Of a stretch of 64,000 nt of DNA, positions 55,846 through 64,000 are shown piece by piece. The stretch spans positions 9,300,001-9,364,000 of the forward strand of contig OX597823.1 of the NCBI GenBank assembly GCA_951406725.2, read 5' to 3'. The stretch comes from Octopus vulgaris (taxonomy: Eukaryota). The translations under genes were made by a program, and so were the position numbers. The notes beneath the pieces were generated by a model that saw nothing but the letters and a program-made list of their open reading frames with translations, made no database searches and was not told where the DNA came from. Positions within the stretch are counted from its first letter, which is position 1, and each line of letters opens with the position of its first letter.

Positions 55846-56394
55846 TGTTCTATGTATATATTGAAGCATTCATAATTTCGATAATTTTACTCGCAAGGTT
55901 GGATAGTAAATGTAAGCACATGATGATGCTTTTTAAAACGAGACAAACGAACTAGTGGAGATTTTTGTTTTACATAGATTTATGACTCGCCGTACGTATG
56001 AATTCGCAGCCCAGATGATACTAGAACTGTGGTCATTAATGATGGTCTATCAAACTGAAACTATTATATAATGAGCTGTCATTCGCAAATTGTTTAAACT
56101 TTTAAGAAATATATTTTCGCTAAGCCTTTTCGGCCGTTTGCGTGCTCTGTGTTCAGAGGAAAACCGTGTTTGATAAGTCGTAAGCAAAGCGGGAAAATAT
56201 CAGTCCGAACTATATAAAGGTATTAGAAGCTAAGTGATCTTGAAAAACAAGCTTCTTGCAAGCATGGATAAAACTCTACTTATGCACATATATTTGTTAC
56301 GCTATCTACTCTTACACACACACGCTCATTCACACGCTCACACACGCTCACACACAAATTTATGGATGTATGAATGTGTTTATACACACATACT

Positions 56395-56471
<77 letters not shown>

Positions 56472-56483
56472 GTGTGTGTGTGT

Positions 56484-56520
<37 letters not shown>

Positions 56521-56861
56521 AGGTTGAAAAGTAACACACGGGTTGAAATATATAAGGAAAATAGGTCAAGGTAGAAAATGGTAAAATAATTTTAGTATCG
56601 GTTTCAGTCTTTGCGACTTGTTTAACTCTGAGTATAACATCAACGACTATTAAATTATGGTGAAATGAAATATTTTCTTTAAAATATTTCCATGGTTTTC
56701 AAATATGTAGGATATTTTCCTTTTTCTGTCTCTCACTTCTTTACTTTTGTGAAGGCTCAGAATGTAGGTAGTAGCAGATGTGAAGAGATATTTAATATGA
56801 TGGATGTGGGTTCTGAGTTTTGATTGTTTAAGCAGCAGTTAATGAGGAAGGAGACAGCGAG

Positions 56862-56997
56862 GAAGAAGAAGAAGAAGAAGGAGAAGAAGAAGAAGAAGAA
56901 GAAGAAGAAGAAGAAGAAGAAGAAGAAGAAGAAGGAGAAGAAGAAGAAGAAGAAGAAGAAGAAGAAGAAGAAGAAGAAGAAGAAGAAGAAGAAGAAG
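56862..56997. repeat. (GAA)n microsatellite
   Basis: Visible directly. Confidence 0.96.
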
Positions 56998-57487
56998 GTA
57001 TCTGTGTAGAGTCATTTTTTGGAGTAGACTGTGTTTGGTTTGGCATATGTATTGCTCTCGACACCCTGAGCAAGTTAACATTAGGTTCTCCGAAGCACGT
57101 GTGAAATTGTTTTTCACTGTAAAACGTTGACCTTAGTTGACCTCAATTAGGTTGACGCATATACCAGTTAGGTCTTCTGCAGTTTTCTTTTTTTAACTGG
57201 CAGTTTCAATGTTGTTGCCGAGTGTACTTGGGCTTTTGTTAGGAGACTTTTCATAGACTTCGGTTCTCTTTTGCTCATTATGGTAGAGTGCATTTCGAGG
57301 GTTAGATTCATTCTTATACATGCATACATACATATGTGTGTGTATGTGTTCGTGATAAAATAAATACTAAGCTTCCAAGATTATGTCCTGGGGTTGATTC
57401 GTTCGATTAAAGGCGGTGCTACAGCATGGCCGCAGTCAAATGTCTGAAATAAGTAAGAGAATAAAAAAAATACATGTTTATATATTC

Positions 57488-58055
57488 TTTCCTTCTCTAG
57501 GCACAAGTCCTGAAATCATTGTTGGAGAGGAGCCAATCGATTATATCGACCCCAGGATGCAACTGGTATTCAATTTATCGACCCTTTGCTTTTGAGAGAA
57601 TCAAAAGCAAAGACGACCTCGGCGGAATTTGAACTCAGAACGTAGCGGCAGACGAAATACCACAAGGGGCTAAACATAGAGAGGACAAACAAGGACAGAC
57701 AAACGGATTAAGTCGATTCTATTGACCCCAGTGCGTAACTGGTACTTGTTTAATCGACCCCGAAAGGATGAAAGTCAAAGTCGACTTCGGCAGAATTTGA
57801 ACTCAGAACGTAGCGGCAGACGAAATACCGCTAAGCATTAAGCCCGGCGTGCTAACGGTTCTGCCAACTCGCCCTTGCGTGCTAACATTTCTGCTATCTC
57901 GCCACCTTAATACATGTTTATATATTCTTTCGTACTCTAGACACAAAGCCCAAAAATTTTGGGGGATGAGCCAGTCGATTAGAATTGAATCCAGTACGCA
58001 TCTGGTACTTAATTTAACGACCCCGAAATGATGAAGGGCAAAGTCGACCTCGGTG
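57488..58055 (-). mobile_element. Cluster of SINE family B: dimer (57488-57905) plus a tail-B fragment (57925-58055)
   Basis: Three copies of the conserved body with tails A and B. Confidence 0.85.
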
Positions 58056-58439
58056 GTACACGTTTACAAATTACTGTACCATGTATCGACCAAACACTCG
58101 GATGCTGTTATACATCGTTAGTCACTCTGTGCCGTACATAGTCTTAGCTTCCTCTTTTCGTCTTAACTGTCTATTTAAAATCAAATATTACACTCTTTTC
58201 CTGATTTCAGCTAATTTATTTGCATATATTTCACTCTTGTATGTATTGTTTTACAATTTATTTTTCTTTTTAGATATATTTCTAGAAGCGAAACGTTAGA
58301 AAATAAACGAAGATAACATAAACAGTAGCAAGACTTAGTCTCACATACACACACACATACACACACAAACACACATACACAGACACATGTACACACACAC
58401 GCGCACACACGTACACACATATATATGTGTGTACGTAGG

Positions 58440-58505
<66 letters not shown>

Positions 58506-58602
58506 TACATAAACACATACAGGTGTAAGATTTGGTCATAATATTATATGTATTTGGAATTGGTATGTATTCTCACTGATATCAGTGTAGATAATACAGT
58601 GA

Positions 58603-58709
<107 letters not shown>

Positions 58710-58809
58710 TAGATACATACATAGATAGATAGATAGATGTAGGTATGCACATTTATGTATGTATAAATGCATATATTTGTATATTATTTATATTATATAT
58801 ATATATATA

Positions 58810-58853
<44 letters not shown>

Positions 58854-59451
58854 CAGAGAGTGAGTGAGTGAGAGATATGACAATAGCGATTAAAATTTAC
58901 ATGTAGAAGCAAAATTTTATAAAGTGAGAATCGAGTAATTTTAAACAATTGTTATTTGAAATGTTTTTACTTCCATATAGCAAAATTATATCGTGCTAAC
59001 AAAAGAGCATAATATTTATGAAGACAGCTCTGAATACATTTTAAATAAAATAACAAAAATAATTTAAAATAATTTCCTACAGAAAATAGCAGAATTAACC
59101 TTCTACACCTGAATTCAAGTTCTTTCCTTTCTACCTATGCATAACAGTATAATAAAATCAAATACTAAATTTATAAATAAAATCTGAACAGGAAGATGAA
59201 GTAAGAAGTGGCAATAATATCGTTAATAGAGTAGAAACAACGGATAACTATAAAATTTCAGACCTGTATGAACGCAAGTCAACATTATAAAGTAACGTCT
59301 AATGGTGTAACTGTAGCTGTTTAGTATGCGGCATTATCTACATACCTCAATGAATACAGTGTATTACATACACGTTGGAAACATAAAATTGTATCCAGTT
59401 AACATAGAATATAATCGTCTAGCAGATTTTTTCCAGTTGAATCGACGTTTA

Positions 59452-59659
59452 CTCTCTTCTTTTACTCTTTTACTTGTTTCAGTCATTTTGACTGCGGCCA
59501 TGCTGGAGCACCGCCTTTAGTCGAGCAAATCGACCCCGGGACTTATTCTTTTTGTAAGCCCAGTAGTTATTCTATCGGGGTCTTTTGCCGAACCGCTAGG
59601 TGACGGGGACGTAAACACACCAGCATCGGTTGTCAAGCAATGCTAGGTGGACAAACAAG

Positions 59660-59700
<41 letters not shown>
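59452..59700 (-). mobile_element. SINE family A 3' half
   Basis: ttttactcttttacttgtttcagtcat...gttgtcaagcaatgctag up to the internal microsatellite. Confidence 0.88.
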
Positions 59701-59706
<6 letters not shown>

Positions 59707-59785
59707 TAATTTGGGATTTGCGGAGGGTTAAATTTGGTCACAAAACCAGGACAGACGAAACATGCAACAAACCAAACGAAAACAA

Positions 59786-60210
59786 ACATGGAGGGTTGTT
59801 AGGTCAGACGAGGTAAGGTAGCGTATGCTGGAGGAATGGAATATTGTCTTTGACAAGAGAAAAGATAGTAGAGGAGACAGATAAGAATGCATTTGGTCTG
59901 TAAGACAGAATGAAAGAAAAAAGGTGACCACGTGAGGAAAAGAAGGGTGGACGATGGTCACGTGAGTGAGTAAAGGGGACAGAGGGAGAGAGAGATACAG
60001 ATAGAAAACGGTAAAGGGAAGAAAAATAGAGATAGGCTGAGAAAGAAAAAACGAAAGGGGGAGAAGGGTAGAAAAAAGAATTAGAGAAAGCAAGAGAGAG
60101 AAAACGAAAGGAGTAGACAGAGAAAAATCGATGGTTGAGTCGCATCAAAATTAATTCCATTCCTCCAGCGCTCGCTACCTTACCTCGTCTGGCCTAATGG
60201 CCCTCCATGT
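59786..60210. repeat. 57-bp inverted repeat around a purine-rich spacer
   Basis: 59786-59842 versus 60154-60210 are reverse complementary. Confidence 0.88.
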
Positions 60211-60495
60211 CTCTATCTATGTATATATATGTATGTATATATGCATATATATATATGTATATATTTTATTTATATTATTATATGATTGAACGCCACACAT
60301 CCATTTCCAAGTGGGTCTCTCTCTCTATATATATATATGTGCATACAAACATACATATATATATATGTGTATGTGTGTATATAAGTATATATGTATGTTT
60401 GTATGTATGTATATATATATATAAATACATGCGTACATACATACATACATACATACATACATACATACATACATACATACATACATACATACATA

Positions 60496-60560
<65 letters not shown>

Positions 60561-61553
60561 TATTAACCAGACCAATGAGTCTGAATCCGTATGAATTTCA
60601 AAAACATAAAGATACGACCAAAACCTGTAATTTTATAGAAACCGGAATGTTAACTCACTCAGAAGTTGCAGCTGTATTTATTCAATTTTATCCTTTCATA
60701 AATTCTGGAAATCGGGTGTCTGAATGTCATGAATGTAGATAGGTATATGAACAGTACGAATATCAATATTGCTATATATTTTAACTGACTCAACTTTTTG
60801 TTAACGTAAGCATGTGTTTTGTCAGATGCCTTCATGTATACACATACAAATTTTAGCAATAGAAAATTATATATATATAAATTTTATGATTTATGATTGT
60901 AGTATTACTCTTTTTTGTTCTCACTATTATTTCACGTGTAATGTAAAATTAATAACCACCTGGTATGTAATTGCTATAAAAGCATGTTTTTACTAATTTT
61001 ATACACATTTCTACAGTTAACCGCTTAATGGTAAATAAGGACTGAATTATAATTTCCTTCTGAATTTCTGGCGTTTCATCGTTATGAAGCATTCTTCTAT
61101 GTAACTATTACCGAGTAACATACTAGTATTGTCTAGTAAAACAATTGAAACTCATGTGATCCATGACGTTATAATTAAAAATCAAATATTAAACTATTAT
61201 AAGGCACAAAAAGAAAATGACTCTTCCCAGACACAAAAGAATATGCTTCAACACACGAACTCAAATAAAGAATCTTGCAAACCAAATCGAAAAGCGAAAT
61301 ATTAAACTGATTCACCTATTTCATTCTGCTCTTGTAACGGAGGCATTTACATATACATATTAAATATGTATTTGGCTAAATTCACAAATACTTCCACAAA
61401 GTGCGAAAATATGGATAGAAAACGTCAGTTAATATCGAAATATGCTGACCACCGCGATAACCATTACACCAACGTGACGCGTCTTCACTTGCCATAAATC
61501 TGGGCATCAGAAAGTACACCACTGGATTAGCTAACCTTTTTTACCTCGATTTA

Positions 61554-61852
61554 TCTTTATATATAAAAGTGAAGTTGTGTGTCTGTCTCCTACGATTTAG
61601 ATTCCTAACTACTCCCACATTTTGCGATGCAGTTTAAGCAAAAGCGGGTATCTTATAGTCGTGATTTATATCGAGCCCTTCTGGGTATTAGCGCGCGTCT
61701 ACGATGAGACTACGGTTTTTAAAAAAAATTACCATCATTTTTTCCCATTTTTAATGCATGTTTTTGCTATTATATAAGGGAAGTAACTCTCTAAAAATGC
61801 TTATATAGTTATTTTCCTTACAAACCCGAGCAACGCCGGGCGATACTGCTAG
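61554..61852 (+). mobile_element. Non-autonomous Helitron
   Basis: A|TCtttatatataaaag ... cccgagcaacgccggg hairpin ... CTAG|T. Confidence 0.9.
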
Positions 61853-62588
61853 TATTACATAAAATTCTGGTATTTTTGATAGCCACTTAACTCCTATTTG
61901 TGAAACGGTCAGCTTGTTAAGTTGAACACAAATTAATCACTCACCACGAATTGCTTAATCATACATAAATTTTTATGGTGAATACAAACATGCTGATAGA
62001 AAATTTAGTCCGAAATCAGCCGAACGAGCGGTTCTTACTTAAGAGGCTACGGAAATAGTCTAAACATAACGTTAAGTATAATGAATTCTTAATCGGTCTT
62101 CTGGGCGATTGCAGTCCTTATCGGCATACATGTATACAAGTATGCGCTTTTCCTACAACATTAGAACATTCTAGCTTTTATTTCTAGCAATGTAGGTGTC
62201 CTTAGTGGCATTTAGGGAAAATTATATTTTTTCGTTATGATAGCACATTCCGCACATGGCTGTTTATATTAATATGTACTAGAAGAAAGTACGCCCTCCG
62301 GGTGGTTCACTGCTTGCCCCTTGATGATATTTTCACATTTTCTTCCCATTTCTAATAATTTTTATATTTTACGTCTAATTATTTTAAAGAAACATCGTCG
62401 TAGTCCAACAATAGAGGGAGAAGTAATTTGTCAAGTTTAACTTTCCCCTCAAAGCCAGATAAAAATTTTAATTCAGCAACCCATCTGTAAGCTTTGAAGT
62501 GTGTGTCTTTGTGTGTGAGAAAGAGAGTGTGCGTGAAAGAGAGAGAGAGAGAGAGAGAGCGAGAACATTGCGAACAATGAATGAAATA

Positions 62589-62972
62589 CTCTTTTACTCT
62601 TTTACTCTTTTACTTGTTTCAGTCATTTGACTGTGGCCATGCTGGAGCAGCGTCTTTAATCGAGCAACTCGACCCTGGGACTTATTCTTTTTGTAAGCCC
62701 AGTACTTATTCTATCGGTCTCTTTTGCCGAACCGCTATAACGGGGACATAAACAGACCAACATCGGTTGTCAAACAATGCTAGGGGGACAAACACAGACA
62801 CACAAACAAACACACATACATATATATATATATATATACATATATACGACAGGCTTCTTTCAGTTTTCGTCTACCCAATCCACTCACAAGGCATTGGTCA
62901 GCTCGGGGCTATAGCAGAAGATACTTGCCCAAGATGCCACGCAGTGGGACTGAACCCGTAACCATGTGGTTG
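62589..62972 (-). mobile_element. SINE family A lacking the first ~30 nt
   Basis: Matches other family A copies. Confidence 0.9.
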
Positions 62973-63634
62973 GAAAGGAAAATATCGCATAAATGAAAGG
63001 GCATTACTACAGATGTATACGCCCCAGACATTGTTGCCTCATAACATCCAGAAAATGGATACTTCTTAACAAAATTATCTACAAATACGGCTTACCTCTT
63101 GTGGCTTCAGAGTATAAAGGGATTTATGGGAAACAATTTTTGCAAGGGCGTGGAGAGAGAAGTTTCAGAAAATTCCGACGGTCTGACGTTTTTCCCTCAT
63201 AACTTTCAGGAAGACGGGTACCTTTTAATGAAAATTTATTCAAATCCTTTTCAAACGGCATAGATTAAGATTATAAAGAAATCTGTTGGGAAAATTTATT
63301 CGGGGTTCTTCCCTATTTTTTTTTAAGCTACAGCCTTCGAAATGATGGGGTTGGTTGGATGAGGGCATCTTTGTACGAAAAAAGTTTTGAAAACTCTTTT
63401 TTCACGCCCCACTCCCTCATCATCTCACTCCGGACCTATTTTAGTCATTTTCTTTTTGCACTTCAAAAGCATAGGAAGAGCACTTTCGGAATTTTATTTT
63501 TTAATTTGTAAATATTTTCAGAAGGAAAAGTAGTGATTTATGGCCGGTTTGGCTGTTGTTTCTAGCACATCCAAAGACAACCCTCCTCGTTTCTTTATTT
63601 CTCTCGCATGTATTGATGTCTTTCAATATCGTAT

Positions 63635-63757
<123 letters not shown>

Positions 63758-63763
63758 TATTTC

Positions 63764-63779
<16 letters not shown>

Positions 63780-63794
<15 letters not shown>

Positions 63795-64000
63795 ATAAGT
63801 TTGTGTGTCTGTGTTTGTCCCCCAACATCGCTCGACAACAGATGCTGGTATGTTTACGTCCCCGTAACTTAGCGGTTCAGCAAACGAGAGCGATAAAATA
63901 AGTACTCGGCTTACGAAGAATAAGTCCCGGGGTCGATTTGCTCGACTGAAAACGGTGCTCCAGCATGGCCGCACTCAAACGACTGAAACAAGTAAAAGCG
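63780..64000 (+). mobile_element. SINE family A 3' half
   Basis: tgtgtttgtcccccaacatcgc...gactgaaacaagtaaaag. Confidence 0.88.

Overview
AT-rich eukaryotic non-coding DNA, extremely rich in microsatellites. It is most likely from an octopod cephalopod (Octopus); this is inferred from three abundant tRNA-derived SINE families resembling the octopus OK/OR1/OR2-type SINEs. No intact host gene is recognisable, and almost all long ORFs in the track are microsatellite artefacts. The window is a transposon graveyard. It holds about 30 SINE copies, a 5'-truncated R4/Dong-clade RLE LINE in (TAA)n plus fragments of two other Dong-like families, and internally deleted pogo (BrkDBD + CENP-B HTH), maT (DD37D) and mariner elements. 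It also holds two non-autonomous Helitrons, MITEs carrying (CCCTAA)n, and a probable Ty3/Gypsy LTR remnant. Three signals are not explained by the ORF track. (1) Several sequence-unrelated type I hammerhead-ribozyme motifs with palindromic helix III occur; the one at 51006-51088 is fully canonical. Most sit in short elements lodged in (TA)n tracts, which points to Penelope-like pLTR or retrozyme-type elements. (2) A 556-bp non-coding element with fixed ends occurs four times, always inside (TAA)n and next to Dong LINE sequence. (3) Several long inverted repeats could form dsRNA. All calls were made by eye; none has been checked by database search or folding software.
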